The notes under the pieces: model-generated
The model's database searches: none
What the model was told of the DNA's origin: nothing
What the model saw: only the letters and a program-made list of their open reading frames with translations
Position numbers and translations under genes: made by a program
Assembly (NCBI GenBank): GCA_034226945.1
Contig: CP120457.1
Coordinates: 1-64,000, forward strand
Direction of reading: 5' to 3'
Length of the DNA: 64,000 nt
From: Picochlorum sp. SENEW3
Taxonomy: Eukaryota
Shown: in pieces, positions 47,208 to 58,495 of the stretch
Layout of the letters: every line of letters begins with the position of its first letter
How positions within the stretch are numbered: position 1 is the stretch's first letter

Positions 47208-50200
47208 ATGACAAGGAAAAGGAAGCCATCTGCCAAGCCCAAGAAGAAGGAGACATCTCCCGTCCTTGGCTGTAGGGGCAATAGAGACTCCTTCAAGCGA
47301 CCCAGAGTCGCTTCCAATGCTCAAACATCTACCATGGGGGCAGAGCCAGGTGTACTGGTAAGCAATCGCCGGCAGACCAGGCGCCGTGTGGGGACCAGCC
47401 ATGGGTCACCATTTGGCACTGTGTCAACGACACAAGATGCCGTGCTTGAGGATGTCACCGATGTAGACACGGTTCCCATCACCACTCCAGAGGAGCAAGG
47501 TATGTTGTTGTATGATGTATGTTTTCGGTACATACATTGAGATGTGTATCTCTCTTGGCACGTTCATTCACATACTATTGATGCTATTGTAGATGTAGTC
47601 GGCTCTGATTTGGCATCTGGTAGTGAGGATATTCACCCATCATCAGAGGGTAACACAACAGCATCCATTCAAGAGGCATATTTATGCACATTAAATAGCG
47701 AAAGGAGAAGCATCATCGAGAAAAGTTTGAATGATCTCGATTATTTATCAGACTTTATTCGGCGCACCTGTTCTGGGAAAATAGACAATTTTAAGGACCG
47801 TCTTATCGCATGTTCGAGGAAGTTGAGACAAAGCGCTGCAGTCCAGAGACTGGTTGATGTGAATATCGTCATTTCAGCCAGTGATGCGTCAGATGAGCTT
47901 TTTGCTTCAGCCGATGAAGCCATCAAAATCCCTTTGATGGAGTATTACAAACTTAAAGAGGGATTTCTCCGAAATCAAGAATGTGTGGATGCGAAAGGCA
48001 TTCCAGAGGTGGTCAAATTCACAAAGGAGATTTGTCTGGATGACGAGTTGCAGGAATTTTCAATGGCTTTGATTGCTCTGCTTGCTTCAGAGTATGAAAA
48101 CGGCGTCGAGGGGCTCTACGATGCACTTGAGAGAGCAATCGAGCAAAAAGTAGGCAGTGAGCAAAGGACATTGGAAGACATTAGGCAATCTTTCACAGAG
48201 TGCATGGAAGATTTTTTGCAACCCCATATTGGCCCTGAATGGACAATCCGTCACTTCGAGGAGAATGAAGCCATTCCGTCAAAGTATGAACGCATCTTTC
48301 CCGAAACTATTCATCTGTATGAATTTGTTAAAGAGGGGCTGAAGATGAGTACAGAAAGGTTGCTCGGAGTGCTAGTATTTCCAGAGGCAATCAAGTTCTC
48401 CCGACAGTTGACCGCTACGGGGACGTATGCTAGTCATGTGCTCTTGCCTAGGCAATATACGACAGATGGTGGTGTTCAATGGCGCTATACGCTCCATCAG
48501 GACTTTTTTTTCGGTAGTGTGCCAACTGGAGATGATTCCCACGTGTTTGTGTCTACTGAGGGCCGGTGCATCAATTCACGAGGTAAATCTTTGGTAATTT
48601 CCGTCAGCGGGCAATTGCGCCCGAAATTTTTGATTGATGCTGAATCCAAAAAAGAAGAAGTACGCAAGAGGTTCGCAATACATCAAGTGGTAGGCATGGC
48701 AAAATATAAGTGGACTCCATCTCAATTCCTTAAGAAATGTGGGCCAGGGATGAGTACCGACCACCTCATCATCCAAGCATCCTATAATCAACCTTCCCTT
48801 TTGAGGATTGCTGATGCAAAACAACAGGCGAATAATAAACGACCACGCTCTCGGGAGACTTTTAGAGGACAAAGTGTGGAGGTTTGCTACACTCAATTTA
48901 AGCATCTGTCTAACGAGAGGAAGGCCATTGCTCAGAGATGCAAGGGCAGTTTCGAGGAGAATGGTTTGCTACTGGTGCGCCTGGAACAAGATGGAGACAA
49001 CTGGAAATTAGATGATCCGAATTTATCTGAAAAATGGGTTGACGTTGTGAGATGCACAAATGTCCTTTTCTTTGAGGAGGAACAATGCATCTGGAGGAAG
49101 TATGGTGATGGGTGGATTTTCCTGGCTGATGTCATGGACATTACACAAAGGACTAGGTACAGAGGGATGAGCATTGCGGGAGAAAGTACACTGATTTCGT
49201 GTACCATAGCATACACAAAGTTGTGCGCTGCAGTACTTGGGAAACACCATCTCTCTAAAAAATTCCTCCACAAGTTTCAACTTGAAGATATTGCCAGGCG
49301 CACAGATGAAGATGGGGTTCAGATCAAGACTGTCTGGAGACGAGATGACGGTGCCATAGAGAATCTAATGGTCGATCATATCAATGGCCAAACTGGTTTG
49401 AATCGATCAGACAATCTTCGAGTGGTAACCAATGGGGAGAATGCTGCCCTATCTCGTGGGAAAGGAAGAAGAGCAATCATTTCCAATAATGGCAAGGAAG
49501 AGACTGTCACTGGAGACACTACTAAAGAACTCGGTGGAAAAATCGTGAATACAATGCGAGAGATGGAATTTCCAAAAGAGCAAATTCCTTCTCCAGAGAC
49601 GGTCAGTAGCGAATGGATAACAAAGAGGCTAATCCCAAAACGCCTACAGGACAAGATTGTCATACAAGATGTGGATGATCAAAAAGATAATGCTGATGAG
49701 GATCGGTTTTTCCCAACTAACGTCATCTGGTTCTTGGGAACATTTGAAGACAAAGATACTGGCGAGATTCATGAGCAGGCATACTGGGGAAATGAAAGGA
49801 TGCTTGTAGGAATCAAGAAAACGCTGGGTTTGTCAGAATTGGATTCCACACGATTTGTCAATGTGGCACATATGTACGACAAGAAATATCGAAGGGAAGT
49901 CATCAGAAAAGAGTTCTCTCATATTGGAGAGGGAAGCAGGTATGTGCTTGTTGATTTGTATTCATCTCGCACTTGGACACGGGGTGTGAATTCCAAGGCT
50001 CGTGGAGGAAGGCGCGAAGAAAGACGTCAAGCTCTCAGGGAGCGCAGGAGACTGCATCATGATGATGCCGATTTCAGCGAAATTCCCATTGACAACAAGG
50101 CAGAAGGGAGTGCTAAATATGATCTCAACGATGGGAATGGACCACGGAAGTTCGGTCTAGGGACTTGGGTTGCTAGGGAGTTTGTAGCATACAAGAATGG

Positions 50201-50612
50201 AAAAAGAACAAATGAAGAAATGGAGGAACTCATGGCTGACATGGGTTTGAGCGAGGAAGCAAGAACAGTATTCAAGAGGCGATGTGGTTGGAAAGTCGAT
50301 GGTGTTCCTGCTTGTCTGAGTGCTCGCGAAGAGAAACGTCAAGCTCTCAGGGAGCGCAGGAGACTGCATCATGATGATGCCAATTTCAGCGAAATTCCCA
50401 TTGACAACAAGGCAGAAGGGAATGCTGAATATGATCTCAACGATGGGAATGGACCACGGAAGTTCAAGTTAGGGTCCTGGATTTGTAGTGAGATTAAAGC
50501 ATACAAAAAGGGAAAAAGAACAAATGAAGAAATGGAGGAACTCATGGATGACATGAGTTTGAGTGAGGAAGGCAGAACAGAATTCAAGAGGCGATGTGGT
50601 TGGACTGAATGA
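47208..50612 (+). CDS. ~1100-aa nuclear protein: NLS, two NUMOD4-like/HNH endonuclease modules, two HA-like C-terminal repeats
   Basis: Exon 1 MTRKRKPSAKPKKK, in-frame intron 47500-47592; VFVSTEGR...IHQVV...TDHL...N..LLR...QQANN; MVDHINGQTGLNRSDNLRVVTNGEN; 312-nt repeats at 50013 and 50325. Confidence 0.85.
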
Positions 50613-51776
50613 GATCTCTCCTTCTCTAGAGAAAGATCTTTCCAGTCATGTGGGCATCATATATATGTCAATGTTTTGATTGCGATATTGTATATTTACG
50701 GATCGAACTATGATCAATCCACTTGCACATGATATAAAATTTTTTTTAATATCAAGATAGAAACCCCTGACCTGTACATTGTCCTCATCTTTACAAAAAT
50801 AACTCTTTATTGTATCTCCCGATCCAAAGGGAGTTGGACTTTACAAAATCCATCTCAGCATGGGTTTGCTAGGAACTCAACTTTCAAAGTTGAGAGCAAA
50901 AGTGCTTCTTCAGTCGTGTTGGTCCTCAGAGGTGTCGATATACAGCATGAGGAGTTTTCTTATCAATTTGTCTTAGGCCACTCTTAATTAATTCTGCTGT
51001 TCCCGTCAAATCGCCTACTACTTTTGGGAGGAGAGGGGCCGAGATTTATAAATCGTCTGTTGCACAAAATCTGTAACGAATTGGACCAAATAGATGCCAC
51101 CATGCGATAGAACTCGTCGAGAGGAGTCGATTGACGGGGTTTGAGGCTCAAACTCGATCATGATGCATCGTGATTGGCCATGGCCAGTCCTGAGGGCAGA
51201 CGATCCAGTCGGCAAAAATTTGAAATTTTACAAAGATTGGCTCGAGTCAAATTCACTTGAGGGATGCAGAGGGCCTAAGAGGAAGAAGAGGAAGAATGTT
51301 TTGAATGATAACTAGCTTCAAATATGAAGATATGCTGTACAGTAGACTTAGTCAGCAGCTACTGAATAGGGTTCCCTGGTGGAGGTTGACCAACCATGCT
51401 CTCAATGACCAGAAACGGAGCCAGGTGGTGATTTTTTGGGCATGATGGCTACTCAAGAGTATTAAATGCCATATTTGATCAATAAACACATTAAAACCCT
51501 TTACAGAGTAACCCCTGCACAGGGTAAAAGATTCTCTGGTCCACGTCTCATCAAAGATCAATGGCCTTCCTTCGGTTCTTTTTTCATACTCGTTGATTAA
51601 TTCAGCTTTGCAAAACTCTGCGAGTTCTCTATGGAGCCGTGAAGGTCCCCAAACCAACAAGTGCATGGTTTCAAGTCATGCCTTTTCAACCAATTCACAA
51701 GGGTCGCTCATCACAATCAAGATCGTGCAAATACAGGTTAAAAAAATAATAAATAAATAAATAAATTAAGACATTG

Positions 51777-52907
51777 CTATCGATCATCCATCTTTTTTTC
51801 CATCATGGTCCAAACAGCTTGCTCCATTCGTTCCTTTGCTGTTTTCTGTTCCACCTGCTCATCGGCATACTTAAAGCTACGGAAGATTCGTCCTAATTCG
51901 TACAGGGCCTCCGCTCGAGATTTTCTCTCCTGGTCAGAGATATTCCTCTCCCTGAGCACATTCCGGCATACTTTGGTGAGAGTGCCATCAATATCCACAG
52001 CATTCACTGCCCACATTGTATCGAGCATGATCGGAAGGGCCTTCTCTTCTATGTCGGCCCTCGCGCTCGCTATTTCTTGTTCTGTCATTTTTTCTTTCTG
52101 ATCACTTTGGATAGCCCCAGACTTGTTCTCTAGCTGAACAAGCTCCTGCTGCGTATGCAGAGCTTTGAGTGCATAATTGATGGCTCTAAAATGACCCTTG
52201 ATGACTCTGCCTTGGCGCTTCATCGATGCAATTCCACTCGAAAAAAAATTACCTAATTCTATCTGTGCTTGGGACTGATATGCCTTGCCGATGGCATTCA
52301 GCAAGCTTGGGCCATGAGGTGCTCTAGACAGGGCAGCAGCTTCCTCCGTCATACTCATTGTGAAGCCCTCCTCATCACCACAGGTGTACCTCATTATTAT
52401 TATCTTGAGGTTCAATGTAAGATCTTCTACTCTTTTTCGCTGAGCCTCCTGCAACAGCTCCATATCCGCGTTGACCCTGACAATAGTGGCAAGTTTCAGT
52501 TCGCCTATGAGGTGGAGGAAAGAGTCGCTCCCAAACAATGCTGCAAACAACTCTGCCCCGTCCACAAAGTCCACATCCAAGCCATCCACCCCATGAGCAT
52601 CGTATTTTGCACGCAACTCTTCATTTGAGAGGACGCTGTACGCATTGCTAATGGCCTGGAATTTCGCCTTTGCCTCTTCGTCACCTGGGTTCTTGTCTGG
52701 ATGCAAATCCCTGGCTTTGACGTAGTACGCCCTCCGTATCTCACTCTGTGAAGCATTTTTGGAGACTTCCAACAAGCCATAATAGTCATGCTCGCTCCCA
52801 GGGGCCATGTACCGAGCTCTGAACCAAGCAAACTGCTTCGATTCTTCCACAAGAGCACCACTGGTCCTCCCCTGTTCACTGGTACTCTTCCCACTAAAAC
52901 TCCACAT
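51777..52907 (-). CDS. DnaJ + DnaJ-X domain chaperone (ATJ10/Djp1-like)
   Basis: [51 protein letters not shown]. Confidence 0.92.
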   Translation of the reverse strand: MWSFSGKSTSEQGRTSGALVEESKQFAWFRARYMAPGSEHDYYGLLEVSKNASQSEIRRAYYVKARDLHPDKNPGDEEAKAKFQAISNAYSVLSNEELRAKYDAHGVDGLDVDFVDGAELFAALFGSDSFLHLIGELKLATIVRVNADMELLQEAQRKRVEDLTLNLKIIIMRYTCGDEEGFTMSMTEEAAALSRAPHGPSLLNAIGKAYQSQAQIELGNFFSSGIASMKRQGRVIKGHFRAINYALKALHTQQELVQLENKSGAIQSDQKEKMTEQEIASARADIEEKALPIMLDTMWAVNAVDIDGTLTKVCRNVLRERNISDQERKSRAEALYELGRIFRSFKYADEQVEQKTAKERMEQAVWTMMEKKMDDR

Positions 52908-53168
52908 AACAATAGAATTATTGAATGTTGTTTAAGTCGAATGGTCCGTGCCATTGTGAGGCATTTGGGACGCAAGTGCTTAATAAGATTATTAAAAACC
53001 ATGGGAAAAGAAAAAATCCCACATAGATTGGCGACCTTGGAGCCACGGGCCTTATATTTAAAACTTGTGGATTTATTGAATCTGTCTCTGACCAGTTGGC
53101 TCGCAAGCAGACGTTTGATTCCAATAGTCGTTGTTAGTTGCTTGATTTCAAACTTTAACGACGTCGAC

Positions 53169-54061
53169 ATGGCCACCGAGTGTGCGGAATTCTCTGATAC
53201 GGCAATTATTCAATGTTTTTCTAGTCACGGACTAAGCATTCAGGACGATTTAAACGTGCGGTTGTTGGTTTTGATGATACGGTGTGCGCGAACGACCCTG
53301 ACGGTGAGGTGTCCTGTTTGTATTGCAGAAGCTCAAGGAGGTTTTGGTTGTCCTGGGGACTGCAGCAGGGTTTGCAAAAGTGTATGGGGATCAGGGCGAC
53401 TATGATCGTGCCTATCGCTCGGCTCTTGAAACAGTGGAGCAGTATAGAGAGCTGAAGCTTGTGTTGGATGCGTTGGTGTACTTGGGGAGCAAGGGGAATG
53501 CGCATTCTTATCGGATTGGGAGTGAGACGACGAACTTCGAGTCTTTGATTGAGGAAGCCGTGCTCACCTTGAGGAGCGAGGGGCGTGCTGCGGTTTCTGC
53601 AGCAGAGGACAGTCTCATGGAGACTTTCCGGAGTGCAGAGAGGGAAGTTGCTCCTCAGACCCAGAACGAAGTGATTGACGATGAGATTGAAATCCAAGGT
53701 GGATCAGGCAATACGAAAAATACAAAGTGCCCAATTACGATGGTAGATGTACGTGTTTTTACATAGGTTGAATGCACTGGTTCAACCCACCCAGTGCAGT
53801 GGGTGTGGTCACAACCTTCATGTCTCACAATTCATAAAACTGTGATATGTGCAGATTTACAAGCTCCAAGACCCAGTGGAAGACAAGAACGGGTTTGTAT
53901 ATGAAAAGAATGCAATCATGCTGTATATTAAAAAGGCAGGAGCTCGGCGGGTACCATCGCCAGTGGCTGAATCAAAAGACTACATAACATTGGAAGAACT
54001 CAAGCCAGCCACCCGTGTGCTTGAGGCTAGGCAGAGAGGGATGAATAATAATGCTCTCTAG
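53169..54061 (+). CDS. MMS21: NSE2/MMS21-like SMC5/6 subunit with degenerate SP-RING (3 exons)
   Basis: Introns 53256-53328 and 53749-53854; DDEIEI...NTKCPIT..I.KLQDPV..K.GFVYEKNAI..YI. Confidence 0.7.
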
Positions 54062-55191
54062 GGGGTAGAGTTGTAATGCATGAGACGCCCTGCTGCCAAT
54101 GGCGAGTACCCAGGTGGTGATGTCATATCCTGGCTCACAGATGCTGCCATGGGAATCACAATCTTTGGTTTGCTCTTCTGTTTTGTTTTCCCAGTGTAAC
54201 TTGTGATGGACTTCTCTTCATCTCGTATCACATGGGTTTGCTCGCGTTCGTTGAGGCGCCTCAATTCTTTCCACATGCTGCTGTTCTCCCGGAGAAGAGA
54301 GGAGACCTGCTCCGTATGCTGAACTCTGAGCATTCGCATCTCCTCCTCCAATGATTGCATCTGATCCTGAGCATCACGCGACATGGATGCAATCGTCGAT
54401 TTCAACGAATGTATCGTCTTTTTGTACATCTCTATGTCTCTTTCACGAGCCAAACACTCCTGACATGGAGCACGTGACTCTTGATTCTGATTTAGATCCT
54501 CACATGGGAGGGAGAAGATCGGTCCCACTGTTTCTGCGTCACGACACGAGTTCTTTCTCACACCTTCCGAAGCATTCTGTTGCGAAATATCTTCCTGGTG
54601 GCGCAATGGATCGTCCCCACTCAATGGTCTATCATCCACAGGCTTCTCTTCTCTATGCATGCTCACATGGGGGGCAACACCTTTTTCCTTGCCTCCCAAG
54701 TCTTCCTCCAAAACCTCCTTCTTGTCCTTCATCTCTAAAGCCACGTCCTCTTCAATCAATCTGTCTTGCTCCCAATTGCCTTCCTCGATCTTCTCTACTT
54801 CTATGGCCTCCTTTTCCTCTTCCTCAACAGAATTGGCACATGTCTCATCATCTGTGAAGGCATCCTCCGGAAACAAAGTTGTTATTGACTCCTCCACAGC
54901 CTTATGATCATTGAAAATCATTGCTGGATCCTGTCGTTGTGCGGGTTCATCATCCACACCGATATAATCTGATGAACTTCGACTCAAACCACCACCACAC
55001 ACTGAAAAATAGACACTGCCCTCCTCTTTGGCTGAATACGCACTCCTCAGCGTGCACCCATCATCTATCGTCATATCTCGTCCAGAAGATATTTTTCGAT
55101 GGTCACAGAGGTCGGCATCATCCGTGTATGCAAAAGCACGAATCTCGTGCTTTGCCTGGTCACCAACTGCATCCAAACCACCACTCTGCAT
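54058..55191 (-). CDS. Hypothetical acidic coiled-coil protein
   Basis: 377-aa ORF, Glu-rich middle, CxxC before a coiled coil. Confidence 0.7.
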   Translation of the reverse strand: MQSGGLDAVGDQAKHEIRAFAYTDDADLCDHRKISSGRDMTIDDGCTLRSAYSAKEEGSVYFSVCGGGLSRSSSDYIGVDDEPAQRQDPAMIFNDHKAVEESITTLFPEDAFTDDETCANSVEEEEKEAIEVEKIEEGNWEQDRLIEEDVALEMKDKKEVLEEDLGGKEKGVAPHVSMHREEKPVDDRPLSGDDPLRHQEDISQQNASEGVRKNSCRDAETVGPIFSLPCEDLNQNQESRAPCQECLARERDIEMYKKTIHSLKSTIASMSRDAQDQMQSLEEEMRMLRVQHTEQVSSLLRENSSMWKELRRLNEREQTHVIRDEEKSITSYTGKTKQKSKPKIVIPMAASVSQDMTSPPGYSPLAAGRLMHYNSTP

Positions 55192-55460
55192 TGTGCATCT
55201 GTGTCTTATTCAAACATGCACAAAACATATGCCATATATTTATATATTTATATATGTGTGAGTGTGTGTGTCTGTGTGAAGCTACAAGGGTAGCTTGTAG
55301 CTACCCTGAGCAAGTTGCATCGTTACCGTCGCCAACTTGCGCAAGAGCATGCTCTTGGCAAAGTTCGGGCGCCACCTACCCCCTGTGGAGGACAAAGGAA
55401 AAGTACACAAGTCTCTACAATTTTACATACATAAAACTATAGTGGTATTATATTTACAAA

Positions 55461-56587
55461 ATGGTGCACGATTGCAAAGGATACGCTGCCAGGGATCCCT
55501 CCGGCCAGATGAGCCCATACGATTTCGATCGTCGGGAAGGTAGGTTTGCAGGCATAGAATCGTGATGCATTTGTCAGTAAAATAATATATGTCCATTTTA
55601 AATACAGTTGGAGCTGACGATGTCCATTTGAAGATTCTGTATTGCGGCATGTGCCACTCTGATCTGCATCAGGTGAGGGGCGAGTGGGGAAACTCGACGT
55701 TCCCGATGGTTCCAGGGCATGAAATTACCGGTGTAGTCGAGAAAGTCGGCTCTAATGTGACCAAATTCAAGGTGGGAGACAAGGCTGCAGTTGGATGCAT
55801 GGTGAACAGCTGCGGGTCCTGCAAGCACTGTGTGGTGGACTGCGAACAATACTGTCCAAAGTGCATTTTCACCTACAATGCCAAGGATGTGGATGGTACC
55901 GTCACTCAGGGAGGTTACTCCACTCATGTTGTGGTGAATGAGAGGTTTGTGCTGAAATTCCCCGAGAATTTGCCGTTGGATGCTGGAGCACCCCTGTTGT
56001 GTGCTGGCATCACAGTCTACTCTCCCATGAAGTACTTTGGGTTGGACAAAGAGGGTCTTCGATTGGCAGTTGTTGGTCTTGGAGGGCTTGGTCACATGGC
56101 GGTGAAGATCGGAAAGGCGATGGGAATGCACGTGACTGTCGTTTCAACCCATGATGGCAAGAAATCCATTGCCATGGAGGGCCTTGGTGCAGATTCCTTC
56201 CTCGTGTCCAAGGATGAAGCTGCCATGCAGGAAGCTGCGGGCACTTTCGATGGTATTATTGATACAGTATCGGCAAAACACGATTTCGGCATGTACTGCT
56301 CTCTGTTGGATACAAATGGCAAGTATGTGGTGGTCGGTGCTCCCCCAGAGCCGTTTGATGTGAATGTCTTTGGCCTTCTGTTCAAGAGAATCACGCTGGG
56401 TGGATCCCTCATCGGTGGAATCAAAGAGACGCAGGAGATGCTTGACTTCTGTTCGGCCAAGAATATCGTGGCAGATATCGAAAAGGTCCCGATGGACTAC
56501 GTGAACACTGCCATGGAGAGAATGCTGGCAGGGGATGTTAAATTCCGCTTTGTTCTTGACCTGGCAACAATCTGCTACGCATTTTGA
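55461..56587 (+). CDS. CAD: Cinnamyl-alcohol-dehydrogenase-like Zn/NADP alcohol dehydrogenase
   Basis: Exon 1 GYAARDPSG, CGMCHSD, PGHE, structural Zn cysteines, APLLCAGITVYSP, GLGGLG. Confidence 0.95.
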
Positions 56588-56617
56588 ATTTGCATCTTTG
56601 TCTTTGCATACACTATA

Positions 56618-58328
56618 CTATATATTTTCAATAGCAAATTGAATGTGATTGCATTCAAGTGCAACGACATGGGCGACATCGTCTGCATGCACTGCACCAG
56701 TGTTTGACCAATTCCAAATGATTCTGATCCTCGATACCCTTTTCGATACGAGATCAACCTCGTAAAACCAGCTCAATGCCAAATCGATTGTAGATGGGTC
56801 ATTTTCAAAGAAGCATTGGCAGTGTTCGTCGATATTTTCAGGCATTTCCAGTTTCTTAGGGATTTGTTCCATGGCATCATCAAAATCATCCCCAAATAAG
56901 CCCCTGAGAAACATTTCGGCATCATCAGGGGTGAAATCCTCAATGGACTCGACTTCTGAAGGGTCGTAACTCGTTCGATTGCTTTGTGGGTCCTGATGAT
57001 CTTCTGCCGTATCACTTGGTGCGATAATCCAGTCGTTGGCAGACAAGAGGCCTTTGCAAGGTGGCACTTGTGCCCCCCCTGTGCCTGTGTAGGAGTCAGA
57101 TTCAGGCATGCTGGTGGTTTTGTAAAATTGCATACTTGTCTTTTCGTTCGAAATTGCAGGTCTTTCTTCGAACTGGGGAGATTTGTTGTGCGGAAATAGA
57201 ACTTCCGGTAAGTTTATTTCATGTTTTGCTTGCTCACTACCACCCATCCTATTGATATCCTTTCCTGCCTGCCTGCAGTACATGATGTACCAATGTGGCA
57301 CGGGAATGGATACAATCATATCATTTGTACCTTCAGAAACCAAATCGCTGCACCAGCATATCATATTTGCAGTAAATTCAACATATCAATATTCAAGTGG
57401 AACGGTACGGGAATACGTACCAATCGTCTGAAAAATCTGGAAATCTCATGAGCAAATTGGTGCATTCAACTCGGGACGCTGCCTTATCAAGGCCCTTGCA
57501 ATAATCTATAGTCTTTTGTACACCTTCAATTCGAAACCAGTTCGTCTCCAGCACGAAATCGTCAGCAAACAAACCGTATGAGTCAAGCAGCTCAATTGCT
57601 TTGGCAGCACCTCCCGACCTGTCTCCTCGTCTGATAATGTAGAGCACCCTTTCACCGAACGTATACATATCCATGATATGACTAGGAATATCTGGGGCGT
57701 GGCGAGATCTCGCATCAGGGTTCTCAGACAGTAGACCATCATCGAAATCCTCACTGTCACCCGAGCCCAACAGAGACCCTGGCTTTAGCTTTCCGTCAAC
57801 CACTTCCTTCAATAGCTTCCTAGCAGACTCAATCCTCGACAGAAATGACTCTGCAGACTCTGTCTCTTCATCGACAAACATACCTTCAGGAGGAGGTGGT
57901 AAATCTTCCCCCCGTTCGATCATTCCAGCCAATTCCTCCACAACAGATTCAGACCCCAGACTGGGTGGAATGTCCTCTGTAACCCCTAACACTGCTTCTA
58001 ATTCTTCCATTGCCATTTTGAACAACTCTTCTCGCACTCTCAAACCATCTTCTGTCCCATCAACCCGTATATCTGAAGCTTGTCGCATCAATTGCGAGTA
58101 TTGCTCTCGCAGTTGCTCTGCTTCTGACATGACCTCCTCGAGCCTGCGTTGCGCGTCCTCCTCCTTGCTTGATCGGCATGATACCTCGCCTGTTGTTCGA
58201 TTTATCCCACTAACAATGCGACTATATGCCCTGAAACCATCCTCTCTGAAGACAACTCCCACACACATGTCGCTGGGACGCCCGACACTGCAACCCCTTG
58301 GTATCCTGCAGCCCTGGATCCGATGCAT
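56618..58328 (-). CDS. Hypothetical acidic protein, probably plastid-targeted; two ORFs likely joined by splicing
   Basis: ORF 57393-58328 has a GTACGT donor at ~57420 and an in-frame CAG acceptor at ~57274 into ORF 56618-57364. Confidence 0.6.
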
Positions 58329-58495
58329 GGCTTCAATGAATATTACTCATGTATTCAAAAGGGTTCCTGAATGACAACAGCAATTTCTATTTCATGGATC
58401 AAAAGTTCCTAAGTTAAAATAAAAGTCAAACTTGACAACTTCAATACACGACGATTTGTCGGAAATTTGGCATATTTAATGAAAATGATGTATAG

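Larger units (their letters stand above)
43442..50772. mobile_element. Putative selfish element/island bounded by ~450-bp imperfect inverted repeats and encoding a tandem-HNH protein
   Basis: 43442-43897 is the reverse complement of 50325-50772 with indels; interrupts a run of housekeeping genes; no TSD or transposase identified. Confidence 0.55.

Noticed and set aside
43442..50772. Classification as Polinton/Maverick, MULE, Helitron or Fanzor
   Set aside because: No pPolB, integrase, capsid, DDE transposase, Rep-helicase or RuvC motifs recognised; no clear target-site duplication.
52505..53405. ORFs 52788-53405 (+, 205 aa) and 52505-53176 (-, 223 aa)
   Set aside because: They overlap DnaJ and the first MMS21 exon/intron; best explained as shadow frames across a divergent promoter.
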